DNA of 63,517 nucleotides, filler included, from Octopus bimaculoides (taxonomy: Eukaryota), in NCBI RefSeq assembly GCF_001194135.2. It is 9 parts of 7 records of this genome, joined end to end, with 100 filler letters (N's around TTAATTAATTAA, not from the genome) between each part and the next. Parts side by side here need not be neighbours in the genome. Positions count along the whole stretch, not along the records: positions 25,106 to 39,546 come from NC_069003.1; 8 more parts are not named here. One strand, 5' to 3'. A program made the position numbers and the translations under genes. Positions 25,006 to 38,038 of this stretch are shown piece after piece. The notes under the pieces are model-generated. The model worked only from the letters and a program-made list of their open reading frames with translations. It was not told the origin of the DNA and did no database searches. The stretch's first letter is position 1. The number at the start of each line of letters is the position of its first letter.

Positions 25006-27013
25006 NNNNNNNNNNNNNNNNNNNNNNNNNNNNNNNNNNNNNNNNNNNNTTAATTAATTAANNNNNNNNNNNNNNNNNNNNNNNNNNNNNNNNNNNNNNN
25101 NNNNNTGTCTATGTGATCTCAAATTTTAAAACAAACACATAATTTTCTTATGGTTTCTTAAACATTCTCTAGAACAACACTATGTACAAATCCAAATATA
25201 TGGTACCCTAGGCATAACACCTACACGAACTTCTAACTTGTTGTCTCTTGAGGTCTCTGGGTGAGACTTGGAGCAAACTTGTACAAATGCAAAACAAAAG
25301 TCAAACATAAAATAATAATAATAATAATAATGGTTTCAAATTTTGCCACAAGGGCAGCCATTTTGAGGGCAGGGAGGAGTCGATTACATCAACCCCAGTG
25401 TGTAACTGGTACTTAATTTATCGACCCCGAAAGGATGAAAGGCAAAGTCTACCTTGACGGAATTTGAACACAGAATGTAAAGACAGACGAAATACCTCTA
25501 AGCATTTTGCCTGGCATGCTAATGATTCTGCCAGCTCACTGCCTTTGTACTGCTCCCTGTATTGCTACCAACTGAGTACTTCCTATGAAGTTTGGTACTT
25601 GGGGCTTTTGATGCTAGAACAATGCTTTCTTTTGAGATGGTCCCAAGTGAGCCAATTACAATAGGTACCACTCTCACCTTTAAGGTTTTATGGATGCATT
25701 TCACTTCCAGTGCTAGGTCTTGGTACTTCCCACATTTCTCATCCCCTCACTCTCTTTACAATAATATTCTGGTCAGCAGGTATAGCGACATTGATGAAAA
25801 TCCATACTTTGAACTCCTTCTGTAGGAGAGTGTTACCACCACCACCGCTGCCGCCGCCACCACCGCCGCCGCCGCCACCACCCTTTCCTCAACACACAAG
25901 CTGCTCCATGTATTCTTTTCTACTCTAGGCACAACCATCATCATCATCATCATCATCACAACAATCCATTTCTATTGAAATTTTACTCCCTCCCCAAAAG
26001 CAGAAAGAAAATACAACTACATTTACCTTTTTACTTTGCTTCCCAACCACATGGTTACAGGTTCAATCCCACTGTGTGACACTCCGGACAAGTGTCTCCC
26101 TGCTGTAGAATTAGGCTGACAAAAGCTTTGTGGGTTGATTTGGTACACAGAAACTGAAAGAAGCCAGCAAGCTGGCAGAAACGTTAGCACACCGGACGAA
26201 ATGCTTAGCAGTATTTCGTCTGCCGTTACGTTCTGAGTTCAAATTCTGCCGAGGTCAACTTTGCCTTTCATCCTTTCGGGGTCGATAAATAAAGTACCAG
26301 TTACNNNNNNNNNNNNNNNNNNNNNNNNNNNNNNNNNNNNNNNNNNNNNNNNNNNNNNNNNNNNNNNNNNNNNNNNNNNNNNNNNNNNNNNNNNNNNNNN
26401 NNNNNNNNNNNNNNNNNNNNNNNNNNNNNNNNNNNNNNNNNNNNNNNNNNNNNNNNNNNNNNNNNNNNNNNNNNNNNNNNNNNNNNNNNNNNNNNNNNNN
26501 NNNNNNNNNNNNNNNNNNNNNNNNNNNNNNNNNNNNNNNNNNNNNNNNNNNNNNNNNNNNNNNNNNNNNNNNNNNNNNNNNNNNNNNNNNNNNNNNNNNN
26601 NNNNNNNNNNNNNNNNNNNNNNNNNNNNNNNNNNNNNNNNNNNNNNNNNNNNNNNNNNNNNNNNNNNNNNNNNNNNNNNNNNNNNNNNNNNNNNNNNNNN
26701 NNNNNNNNNNNNNNNNNNNNNNNNNNNNNNNNNNNNNNNNNNNNNNNNNNNNNNNNNNNNNNNNNNNNNNNNNNNNNNNNNNNNNNNNNNNNNNNNNNNN
26801 NNNNNNNNNNNNNNNNNNNNNNNNNNNNNNNNNNNNNNNNNNNNNNNNNNNNNNNNNNNNNNNNNNNNNNNNNNNNNNNNNNNNNNNNNNNNNNNNNNNN
26901 NNNNNNNNNNNNNNNNNNNNNNNNNNNNNNNNNNNNNNNNNNNNNNNNNNNNNNNNNNNNNNNNNNNNNNNNNNNNNNNNNNNNNNNNNNNNNGCCTATA
27001 GTAGAAAGGATTA

Positions 27014-27069
<56 letters not shown>

Positions 27070-27449
27070 GTTGTTGTTGTTGTTGTTGTTGTTGCTGGCC
27101 TTGTGCCAAAAATTTGAAACTATTGTTGTTGTCATTTACCCAACCCCAACCTTGGATCTTCAAACCTGACAGAGCCAACACATGATCAGAAAGGTATTCC
27201 ATCCTGTCATGACCATCCTGACATTTTAGGGGAGGGGGAATGGGGGGAGGGCTATCTTTCGAATGGCATTATCAAATGTTTTCTTTCCTTTTTTATTAAG
27301 AGAATATGAGAGAATATGATGTGATTTGAAGGTGATTTGGCTGCTGTTTCTAATGAGCTGAGCAACCATAATGATTTGTGTAATGTTTTTTTTTTGTTTG
27401 TTTTTTTTCATATTGATTTTTTTCTTCTTTTTTCTTTTAAATATTTCAG

Positions 27450-27539
27450 AGAGTTGCTCGAGGAATTAATTGTGATGTATGGACGGCTACTGGTGATGTT
27501 TCGGGCGAAAATTCTATATGGAGATATTATTTTGCTTCG
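27450..27539 (+). CDS. Exon of an ependymin/LolA-fold-like protein (RVARGINCDVWTATGDVSGENSIWRYYFAS), phase 0-0
   Basis: Polypyrimidine tract with tttcag| and TCG|gtaatt. 90 nt open, carrying the RGIxCDxW...YYF motif. Confidence 0.75.
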
Positions 27540-28735
27540 GTAATTAAGCGGTTTATTGAGTTGTTTCTTTGTTTGTTTTTCTTTTTATTATGTTCATCAT
27601 GATCGTTAGCGCCACCACCACCATCATCATCATCACCACCACCATCATCACCACAACCAGTATCACCATTATCAATACCACTGCCACCACTACCACCACC
27701 ATCACCACCACAACCACCACCACCACCACCACCATCATCATCATTGTTGTCACTACCACCAACACCACTATAACTACTACTGCAGCAGCCTCCGCCTAAT
27801 CCATCACCACCACCACCACCATTATCACNNNNNNNNNNNNNNNNNNNNNNNNNNNNNNNNNNNNNNNNNNNNNNNNNNNNNNNNNNNNNNNNNNNNNNNN
27901 NNNNNNNNNNNNNNNNNNNNNNNNNNNNNNNNNNNNNNNNNNNNNNNNNNNNNNNNNNNNNNNNNNNNNNNNNNNNNNNNNNNNNNNNNNNNNNNNNNNN
28001 NNNNNNNNNNNNNNNNNNNNNNNNNNNNNNNNNNNNNNNNNNNNNNNNNNNNNNNNNNNNNNNNNNNNNNNNNNNNNNNNNNNNNNNNNNNNNNNNNNNN
28101 NNNNNNNNNNNNNNNNNNNNNNNNNNNNNNNNNNNNNNNNNNNNNNNNNNNNNNNNNNNNNNNNNNNNNNNNNNNNNNNNNNNNNNNNNNNNNNNNNNNN
28201 NNNNNNNNNNNNNNNNNNNNNNNNNNNNNNATACCACTGCCACCACTACCACCACCATCACCACCACAACCACCACCACCACCACCACCATCATCATCAT
28301 TGTTGTCACTACCACCAACACCACTATAACTACTACTGCAGCAGCCTCCGCCTAATCCATCACCACCACCACCACCATTATCACTACCGCCATCAGCAGC
28401 AAGTATGTGTGTGTAATGGTTTAAATTTATGCTTCCCTGAGAATCACTGAACCACATACAGTGACATCACATCATGTGTTCACTTGGCCTTAGCTTCATG
28501 CTCTTGCTCGATGGGGTTGGGGTCATCCCAGGTTAGTGGTCCCAGAAGTGTCATCATGCGTAGAGCTGACCAGGTCTACCAGTGTTCTTCATCACTGGTG
28601 GTCCTGTATCACTAACAATGGCAAGTGGGGTGGGCTTGCGTGTTCCATAGATTTGAGAAAGCATTGTCACCTGGAGCTCTGTTCCTCATAAAACCACCCT
28701 AAGTGAGCCAGTCTCCCAGGGTGGTTCCAGCCTAA

Positions 28736-29216
28736 TGGTGACCCAAGGCGCATTGGCTCATCACCAAGGTGGTGGCCCCATCATCTGACTATTCTGTGGA
28801 GGACCAACAACCTACCCAGAAGAACCCTAAACTCATTATGAACACCAACCAGAAAAAACTGGACTGAAATTGGAATAGACTGTCGTTTCTCCTGTCAACA
28901 AATTGACTGCTGGTTTTGCACCCTCAAAAATGTGTGGAATTAAGAGATCCCTAATTTGAAAAACCTGTAAGACTGATGGTGACCCAAAGCATGTTGGTTT
29001 ATTGCCAAGATGGTAGCCCCCATCATCCGACTATTCTGCAGAGGACTGACAACCCACCCAGAAGAACTCTGAACTTGTAATGACACCATCCAGAAGGAAC
29101 TGGACTGTCCAACATTGGAACAGACTGTCATTTCTCCTATTAATTGACTGACCACTGGCTTAGCACCCTCAGAAATGTATGGATTTAAGAGATCCCTAAT
29201 TTGAAAAACATGTAAG
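28736..29216 (+). repeat. Two diverged tandem copies of a ~241-bp unit
   Basis: 28736-28971 and 28977-29216 align end to end (tggtgacccaa...gagatccctaatttgaaaaac). Confidence 0.8.
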
Positions 29217-29279
29217 GGTTAGCAACAGACAGGGCATCTTGCCTGTAAAGCAGTGCCTCAATAATATATTCATCGAAAC

Positions 29280-29472
29280 CAGGGATCTCCCCAAACTTTT
29301 TAGACCCTCTTCATGAAATCTTTTGACCCCTCATTGACCCCCAAGCGTGTTCAAGAAAATAAATAAATAATAATAATAATTAAGTAGGTGTGCAGTTTCC
29401 AGGTATTTATCGACCCCTTGAATAGTCCCATTGACTCTCTGAGGTTGATATCGACCACTTTGGAAACCCCTG
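29280..29472. mobile_element. hAT-type MITE
   Basis: Termini CAGGGATCTCCCCAAA and TTTGGAAACCCCTG are imperfect TIRs. They are flanked by 8-bp ATCGAAAC / ATCTAAAC, a TSD with one mismatch. Confidence 0.7.
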
Positions 29473-29771
29473 ATCTAAACCCTTGCTAACAGGGGAAAAT
29501 GGATGTAAAACAAGGCACTGAACAATCTCTACCATTGTTTGGTTCAATGCAGGTTAGGCATTGTTGACCACTGCCATTGTACTGAAGATCTAATCTTGTC
29601 AGATGTTATATTTTGAAGACTGATCATCATCATCGTCATCATCACAACCATTGTCATCATCTTCATAATCATCATCATCATCATCATCACTACCACCATC
29701 ACCACAATTACCATCACCACCACCATCATCACTGTCATCACTACCACCACCACCACCACCACCACAACCAC

Positions 29772-29822
<51 letters not shown>

Positions 29823-30252
29823 CAGCAAGCTCGCAGAATCATTAGCACGCCGTTCTGAGTTCAAATTCTGCTGAAGTCGACTTTGCCTTTCATTTTTTGA
29901 GGGTCAATAAATCAAGTACCAGTGAAACGCTGGGGTCGTCCCATCCCCCAAAATGGCAGCCCTTGTNNNNNNNNNNNNNNNNNNNNNNNNNNNNNNNNNN
30001 NNNNNNNNNNNNNNNNNNNNNNNNNNNNNNNNNNNNNNNNNNNNNNNNNNNNNNNNNNNNNNNNNNNNNNNNNNNNNNNNNNNNNNNNNNNNNNNNNNNN
30101 NNNNNNNNNNNNNNNNNNNNNNNNNNNNNNNNNNNNNNNNNNNNNATTATTATTATTATCATTATTATTATTGTTATTATTATTATTATTATTATAATTA
30201 TTATTATTATTATTATTAATTTATTTATGGCAATATGTGTATATATTTTTAG

Positions 30253-30327
30253 GAAGAGACCTCAGAGGTGGGTGAAGAGAATGCTAAATTCTCCTGGCTC
30301 ATAATGTATGAGATGATGATACCAGAG
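30253..30327 (+). CDS. Exon of the ependymin/LolA-like protein (EETSEVGEENAKFSWLIMYEMMIPE), phase 0-0
   Basis: atatttttag| and GAG|gtaagt. 75 nt open and in frame with both neighbouring exons. Confidence 0.7.
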
Positions 30328-30379
30328 GTAAGTAAGAAAAAGAACATCAATTTTGTATTCAAAATACCTCCTGCTCCCC

Positions 30380-30690
30380 CCCCCCCAATCTTGATGACTA
30401 TTTGAAACCACTGAAATATGAACCTGTGTCATCAGGAAGCTACTATCACTGTTGACAACAAAGCTCTTTTCCCTAAGAGTGACCGGCAGATTGTATGATG
30501 CTTGTGTTAGAACTGCAATGCTGCATGGTAGTGAGACAGGGGCCTTGAATACAGAAGACTTGAGAAAGAAATGAAGTGAGCATGCTCTGTTGGATGTGCT
30601 ATGTAAGTGTGTGGGGGAAAGATTTAGTATAAAGGTGCTGAGTGAAAAACCTGGGTATAAAGAAGAATTATTGTTGTGCTGAAGAGGAAA
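30380..30690 (+). mobile_element. RTE LINE C-terminal fragment
   Basis: Reads GRLYDACVRTAMLHGSETGAL...NEVSMLCWMC. Confidence 0.75.
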
Positions 30691-30729
30691 GAGAGAAAGA
30701 GAAAACGATCAGTACAACCACAAGCACAG

Positions 30730-31190
30730 GCATGGCTGTATGGTAAGTAGCTTACTTACCAACCACATGGTTCTGGGTTCAGTCCCACTGCGTGGCACTT
30801 TGGGCAAGTGTCTTCCACTATAGCCTCGGGTCAACCAAAGCCTTGTGAATGGATTTAGTAGACGGAAACTGAAAGAAGCCTGTCATATATATATATATAT
30901 ATATATATATANNNNNNNNNNNNNNNNNNNNNNNNNNNNNNNNNNNNNNNNNNNNNNNNNNNNNNNNTATATATGTATGTGTGTGTATATGTTTGTGTGT
31001 CTGTGTTTGTCCCCCCCAACATCGCTGGACAATCGATGCTGGTGTGTTTACGTCCCCGTAATTTAGCAGTTTGGCAAAAGAGACTGATAGAATAAATACT
31101 AGGCTTCCAAAGAATAAGTCCTGGGGTCGATTTGTTCGACTAAAGGCGGTGCTCCAGCATGGCCGCAGTCAAATGACTGAAACAAGTAAA
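30730..31190 (+). mobile_element. tRNA-derived SINE family B with internal (TA)n/(TG)n
   Basis: Head ggctgtgtggtaag...ggttcagtccc, core ttgggcaagtgtcttc, tail gtcaaatgactgaaacaagtaaaag. Other copies at ~22915-23060, 26030-26165, 36135-36500(-), 38555-38815, 40465-40840(-), 45285-45370, 47585-47745(-) and 48625-48995(-). Confidence 0.9.
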
Positions 31191-31686
31191 AGACTGTGCA
31201 CACTATAAAAGTGCTTGATGTTAGAAAGGGCATTCAGCCATAGAAGCCATGTCAAAGCAGACATTGGAGTTCAGTGTAAGTCCTTGGATACATTGGATCC
31301 AGTCAAACCATCCAACCCATGCCAGCATGGAACATAGATGTTTGATGACGCCACTGCCGATGATGACGATGATGATATTGACTTGAGTGGTGGGCCTTAT
31401 GCATTTCCAAATTTAACAGATTCACCTGGTCCTTGGCCAACAAAGATTCTGCACTTTGCTGCATGAATAATAAATAGAAAGAAGCAACAGCATCGATGTA
31501 CTTACTGATGGATTGAATCATCAACTTCAGACATATGTACATCAACACTGTCACTAAGATATGCAGTTCTGTATCAAGGTATTAAAACTGCTTGAATTCC
31601 TAGCGAAACAGCTGATAAAGGTCAAGATTTTGTTTTTTTATTTTTGTTTTTTTTTATGATGATGATGATGAGGATGATGATGATTA

Positions 31687-31729
<43 letters not shown>

Positions 31730-32206
31730 GGCAGTGAAATAGCAGAATCATTAGCAAACTGGATAAAATGCTTAGTAGCATTTTATCTGTCTTTACATTC
31801 TGAGTTCAAATTCCATCAAGGTTGACTTTGCCTTTCATCCTTTCGGAGGGGGGGGGGGGTCAATAAAATAAGTACCAGTTGAGTACTGGGGTCCATGTAA
31901 TCGGCTGTCCTCCAACCCAAAGTTTCAGGCCTGCCTTTAGTAGAAAGGATTATCATTAGTATTAAGATGGCGAGCTGGCAGAATTTTTAACACACCGGAC
32001 AAAATGTTTAGTGTCATTTCTTCCAGCCTTACATTCTGAGTTCAGACTCCACTGAGGTTGACTTCGACTTTTATCCTTTCAAAGTTGATAAAATAAATAC
32101 CAGTTGAGTACAGGGGTGGTTGTTTTTGACTTACCCTTAATGTTGTTGACCTAGTGCCAAACTTTGAAATCATTATCATTAGTATTTTTATTATTTATTT
32201 ATTCAG

Positions 32207-32330
32207 CAAAGTGTACACGTAGTATACAATGTGTACCAATATGTAGAAAAGGAGCCAGATGTTTGGGAGTTCAACATAGCCACATGTTTCCCAGGAACTA
32301 AACAGAAGCAGATTTTCTTTAAGGTATCAA
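32207..32330 (+). CDS. Exon of the ependymin/LolA-like protein (QSVHVVYNVYQYVEKEPDVWEFNIATCFPGTKQKQIFFKVS), phase 0-1
   Basis: tttattcag| and TCAA|gtaagt. 124 nt open. Confidence 0.75.
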
Positions 32331-32693
32331 GTAAGTGTAAATTATCTCTCTTTACCATTTAGTCTTGGAAGGGATGGAATAGCAGCATCTATGACTTATT
32401 ATTATATTATTTTTCAGGGCCTCCAGAAAACTGGTGATGGGAAGCGGGGGGGAGATAGTTATTCTCAAACAACAAGATTTGACCCAAATGCTTGTTAAAT
32501 AATGAACATTGCTGAAGGATCTCAAGATCTAGGAACCAAGAACCAGGCTGGAATGGGACTCTAGCAAGACCGATACCTGTTATGGCATATTGAAGATGAT
32601 CAACCTTTTATAGACTCAGCACGCTAATCTGTAATGATTTGTCGTCTTACCTATCATGTGAGTTTGGAACATTGGTTGAGTCCTGTGCTTTGA

Positions 32694-33378
32694 TTGGTTG
32701 AGTATCAAAGATCCAATTGTCTGAGTATTGAAGATCCATTTGGTTGAGTATCAAAGATCCACTTGGTTGAGTATCAAAGATCCACTTGGTTGAGTATCAA
32801 AGATCCATTTGGACGAGTATTGAAGATCCATTTGGTTGAATATCAAAGATCCACTTGGTTGAGTATTGAAGATCCAATTGGTTGAGTATCAAAGATCCAG
32901 TTGCTTGAGTATCAAAGATCCATTTGGTTGAGTATTGAAGATCCAATTGGTTGAGTATCAAAGATCCAATTGGTTGTGTATCAAAGATCCAATTGAGTAT
33001 CGAAGATCCAACTGGTTGAGTATCAAAAATCCACTTGGTTGAGTATCAAAGATTTACTTGGCTGAGTATAGAAGATCCATTTGGTTGAATATCAAAGATC
33101 CAATTGGTTGAGTATCGAAGATCCAATTGGTTGAGTATCAAAGATCCACTTGGTTGAGTATCGAAGATCCATTTGGTTGAGTATCGAAGATCCATTTGGT
33201 TGAGTATTGAAGATCCAATTGCTTGAGTATCAAAGATTCAATTGATTGAGTATCGAAGATCCATTTGGTTGAGTATCGAAGATCCACTTGGTTGAGTATT
33301 GAAGATCCAATTGCTTGAGTATCAAAGATTCAATTGATTGAGTATCAAAGAACCAGTTGGTCAAATATTGAAGATTCC
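32694..33378 (+). repeat. 23-bp minisatellite, about 29 copies (TTGGTTGAGTATCAAAGATCCAH)
   Basis: Directly visible tandem array with point variants and one 19-bp unit. There are no unique spacers. Confidence 0.95.
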
Positions 33379-34886
33379 GTCACATTGCACATAACACATT
33401 CTCAGAAAACTCATCTGAATGTGCTCTGGAGCCTGCCCTCCTATAAATTGGTGTATCAAATCACCTATGAGCAGAAGGGTGAGTGATTTCATGAAGGCGA
33501 GGTCATGTTATTTTCCTGCTGTCATTCACCAGAACAAAATTAATATAATGGTCCACTATACTATTTAATGGAGGAATAAAGTCTCACTGTTATTTAAAAA
33601 GTTTGTTTATTGTATTATTTCCATGAGTGAACATGCAACATATATAGTATAATGGTATGCAAGATTCTGGAGTAAGTCAAGGGGGAGACTTTATACTACA
33701 CCGTTAAAAGACAATTAGGTGCAACACTGACAGTTTGACATGGCTGACTGAACATCTTGGCAGTGGAGGCCCAACACACATTTGCAGAAATGACACAACA
33801 GTAACTGGTGTATCCCTCTTTTCTTATCCAACTTGGGTAACCATGTATTTACTCTACAGCAAGATCCCTATCTCTGTCCCTCTATACCTCTAATCTCTCA
33901 ACTGGCACAAAGCCACCCCTGCCCTCAATGCTACCCCCCCCCCAGTTAAGGGTTTTTTTTGTGTTGCAATGTACTTGGTGACCCTGTCAGCGATAATGCC
34001 ATGTAAAAAGCACTGGTACTGGTGCTGGTGCCATGTACAAACCACTCAGTACACTCTAAAGTGGCTGGTGTTAGGAAGGGGGTCCAGCTGTAAGATCCAT
34101 GCCAAAACACAATGGAGCCTGATGTAGCTCCCAGCCAACCCATACCAGCATAGAGAGCAGACATTAAATGATGATGATGGTGATTGACACAAACACTTTC
34201 CCTCTCCTCAGATACATAAAAAAATATGTTTCCACACATAAACAGAGAGGGAGATAATGAAAGAATCATTAAAATGTCTGTCGAATAAGTTGGTGCTGAA
34301 TCTGTGATGCCAAAATGACAATGCCAAAATATCATTCACCTGAAACAAGACGTAGTTTCAAAGTGGAAGATGGTGTTAAAGTGGATAAGAACTTACATGC
34401 AATGCAAAGGGCTCCAGTAAATGCCATAAGGTATTTTGTGTGGCAATTTAATATGCCTGTTTACTTACCTACCTGTCTATCTTTCTACTTATTTATCTAG
34501 TTGTTTACCTGTCTATGTATCTGCCAACTTTCTTCTGTCTGTCTATTTGTCTAACTGTTTGTCTGTCCATCCATCCATCCATCCATCCATCCATCCATCC
34601 ATCCATCCATCCATCCATCCATCCATCCATCTTATTTCTTTACTGCCCACAAGGGGCTACACACAGAGGGTACAAACAAGGACAGACAAACGGATTAAGT
34701 CGATTATATCGACCCCAGTGAGTAACTAGTACTTATTTAATCGACCCCGAAAGGATGAAAGGCAGAGTCGACCTCAGCGGAAATTGACCTCAGAACGTGA
34801 AGACAGACAAAATACCACTAAGCATTTCGCCCAGCGTGCTAACATTTCTGCCAGCTCGCCACCTATCTATCTATTCATCCATCCAC

Positions 34887-34917
<31 letters not shown>

Positions 34918-35016
34918 ACTATCTATCTATCTATCTATCTATCCATCCATCTATCCATTTATCTATCTAACTATCCCTCTATCCATCTATCTAACTATCA
35001 ATCTATCTATCTATCA

Positions 35017-35053
<37 letters not shown>

Positions 35054-35285
35054 ATCCATCAATCACAAGTCTTTCTCATTTTCTCTAACCAATTTCTTTT
35101 TCTCCATATCTCTTTCTATGCCAATTCTTTCTCTTCCTCTTCATTCATTTGTCTTTATCTTTGCCTACCTCTCTCTCTCTCTCTATGCAGCTCTTTAAGT
35201 AGCTTTTCTCTTTCTCTCTCTCTCTCTCTTAATCAGTCTTTCTTTCATTAACCAATCTCTCTCTATAACTTTTCTCTTTATCCAG

Positions 35286-35395
35286 GCTCTCTCTCGGATC
35301 TCATCAGCATTAATCAAAAGCAATTCATAAATGCTTTAATTGTCTCCATCCAGGGATATTCAGGTGTATCAGCACTTCGGGTTTCAGATATTCAG
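35286..35395 (+). CDS. Exon of the ependymin/LolA-like protein (SSLSDLISINQKQFINALIVSIQGYSGVSALRVSDIQ), phase 1-0
   Basis: ttttctctttatccag| and CAG|gtaaga. 110 nt open, and the phase matches exon 32207-32330. Confidence 0.75.
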
Positions 35396-36335
35396 GTAAG
35401 AATCCACATATCAAAAAACCACCGGAAAAGAATTTTTTGTTTTTGTTTTTAATCTGTTTCCTTCCTTCCTTCCTTCCTTCCTTCCTTCCTTCCTTCTTTC
35501 CTTCCTTTCTTTCTTTCTTTCAACTTACAGAAGCTTTAACATTAATCAAGTGACGTAATTAATGACTATAAGATGACAAGTTCAATCCATGTTCAAGCTA
35601 CTATGCCGAGCCTTGAATATATGATATATTGCTGTCGTACTTGTTTTCACCGTTTTGTTAGCATGTTTCTTATGACACACACTGCCTTTGTTTCAAATAA
35701 TTTTGAAAATAATGAGGAATTTATTAAAATAACTTTGTCATTATTTAACCCTTTAGCACTCATATCATTCTGTCTGCGTAACATTGCAAGCAAGCAAGCA
35801 AGATTCAAGCTCACTCTTAATGTATTATAGATAAGTGTGTAGCACTACAATCCAATGGTGTACAGGTGTCTTTTTGTGGGGACCTCATTTGTCATTCCAT
35901 CTACTGAAAGTCCTAGAACAATAGATGAGGGCGATGTGTGCAGAGCCATCCAGTTGAAAGCATATAATAAGTTACAACTTTTGTCTGTCACCTATGTTCC
36001 AAACCATGCAGATCTGCAACTGGACTGAATAGTTATCTGAGATGTCATGACTGGAAAGTCAGAATTGCCTTTGACAATGAGGAAGCACAAGGAGATGCCA
36101 ATTGCATGTGAAGATGGAGCACTCACCATATGTACTCTTTTATTCGTTTCAATCATTTGACTGTGGCCATGCTGGAGCACTGCCTTTAGTCGAGCAAATC
36201 GACCCCAGGTCTTATTCTTTGTAAGCCTAGTACTTATTCTATCGGTCTCTCTTGCCGAACCGCTAAGTTACGGGGATGTAAACACACCAGCATCGGTTGT
36301 CAAGCAATGCTAGGGGGACAAACACAGACACACAA

Positions 36336-36339
<4 letters not shown>

Positions 36340-36427
<88 letters not shown>

Positions 36428-36582
36428 GACGGGCTTCTTTTCACTTTCCATCTACCAAATTCACTCACAAGGCTTTGGTTGGCCTGAGGCTATAGTAGAA
36501 GACAGATGGGCGGACAGACAGACAGACAATAGATAGATATATAGATAGATAGATAGATATATAGATAGACAGATAGATAAAT

Positions 36583-36629
<47 letters not shown>

Positions 36630-36644
36630 CAGATAGATAGATAA

Positions 36645-36691
<47 letters not shown>

Positions 36692-36710
36692 TATAGACAG
36701 ATAGATAAAT

Positions 36711-36761
<51 letters not shown>

Positions 36762-36774
36762 CAGATAGATAAAT

Positions 36775-36829
<55 letters not shown>

Positions 36830-37139
36830 CCAACAGATGGATAGGCAGGCAGGCAGGCAGAATGAGGAAGATCTATTTAAACCTTCTCTTTCACATTTAA
36901 CCAGAGTTTGTTATTATTTTTAGTGTTATTTGAAAATCAAGAACACATTGAATTAAAACTCTCTTTAAAAACACACAACTGTCAGAAACAAGACTATCAA
37001 ACACCATCTTCTGCCCTTTCTCCCTCTCTAAACACACCTTGTTCACCATCTCTTCCTTTTCACTCTCTCTGGGTTATCTAAATCAATCGTTTTTCATAGT
37101 GTTTGGAAGAGAACTATCCAGACTGTACATGTATTCTAG

Positions 37140-37170
<31 letters not shown>

Positions 37171-37191
37171 GATACATACACACACACACTT

Positions 37192-37252
<61 letters not shown>

Positions 37253-37520
37253 TAAGTTTGTGTGTGTGTATGTAAGTATATATATATATATGTATAAAGT
37301 GGTGTGTGTGTGTGTATGTAAATATATATATGTATAAAGTAGTGTGTGTGTATGTATGTATATATATATGTGTATATATGTGTGTGTTTGTATAAAGTGG
37401 TGCATGTGTATATATGTATGTATATATGTATACACACACACGCAGTGGAAGGGAGACATGTATGTATGCACACACACACACAAACACACACATACACACA
37501 CATACACATGCACAGCTTGC
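36340..37520. repeat. Microsatellite cluster (CA)n, (GATA)n, (TA)n, (TACA)n; representative of dozens of such tracts in the window
   Basis: Directly visible. These tracts generate most ORF-track entries. Confidence 0.95.
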
Positions 37521-37913
37521 TCAATAAAACATACCAAATGATCATGCTGCCAGTTTCTTGGAGAATTCCTGTTGTAAAGCTGTCAAGGAACAGTTCCTGG
37601 TTTTGAAAAGGAAGGAAAGAGTAAAGAATAAAAACAGGAATAGAAACAAAATAAACAAACAAAAAAAAAGTACTTAAAAGAATGAATAAAAGAATCTGAA
37701 AGGGGTGGAGGGACTATGAAAAGTTTAATGTGTTTACTACCAGACTAGGGAAAGGGAAAAGGGTTGGGGAAGAAAGAGACAGGTTTTAAGAACAATAACA
37801 CTATCAAGATTATTTACTACCTAAGCTAGGAAATAACAACAACAACAAGAGTGTTAGGAGACTAAATATGGTGGAAACAAAGGAATTAATAAGGCTAATG
37901 TAATTATTAATAA

Positions 37914-37948
<35 letters not shown>

Positions 37949-37949
37949 G

Positions 37950-37983
<34 letters not shown>

Positions 37984-38038
37984 TATATATATGCATACAC
38001 ACACATATATACATATATACACGTATGTATATATATAT

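Noticed and set aside
27670-28385. Identical ~155-bp low-complexity block on both sides of a gap
   Set aside because: Most likely an unmerged contig overlap.
32694-33378. 23-bp array as a CRISPR
   Set aside because: Units are contiguous with no spacers, the context is eukaryotic and there are no cas genes.
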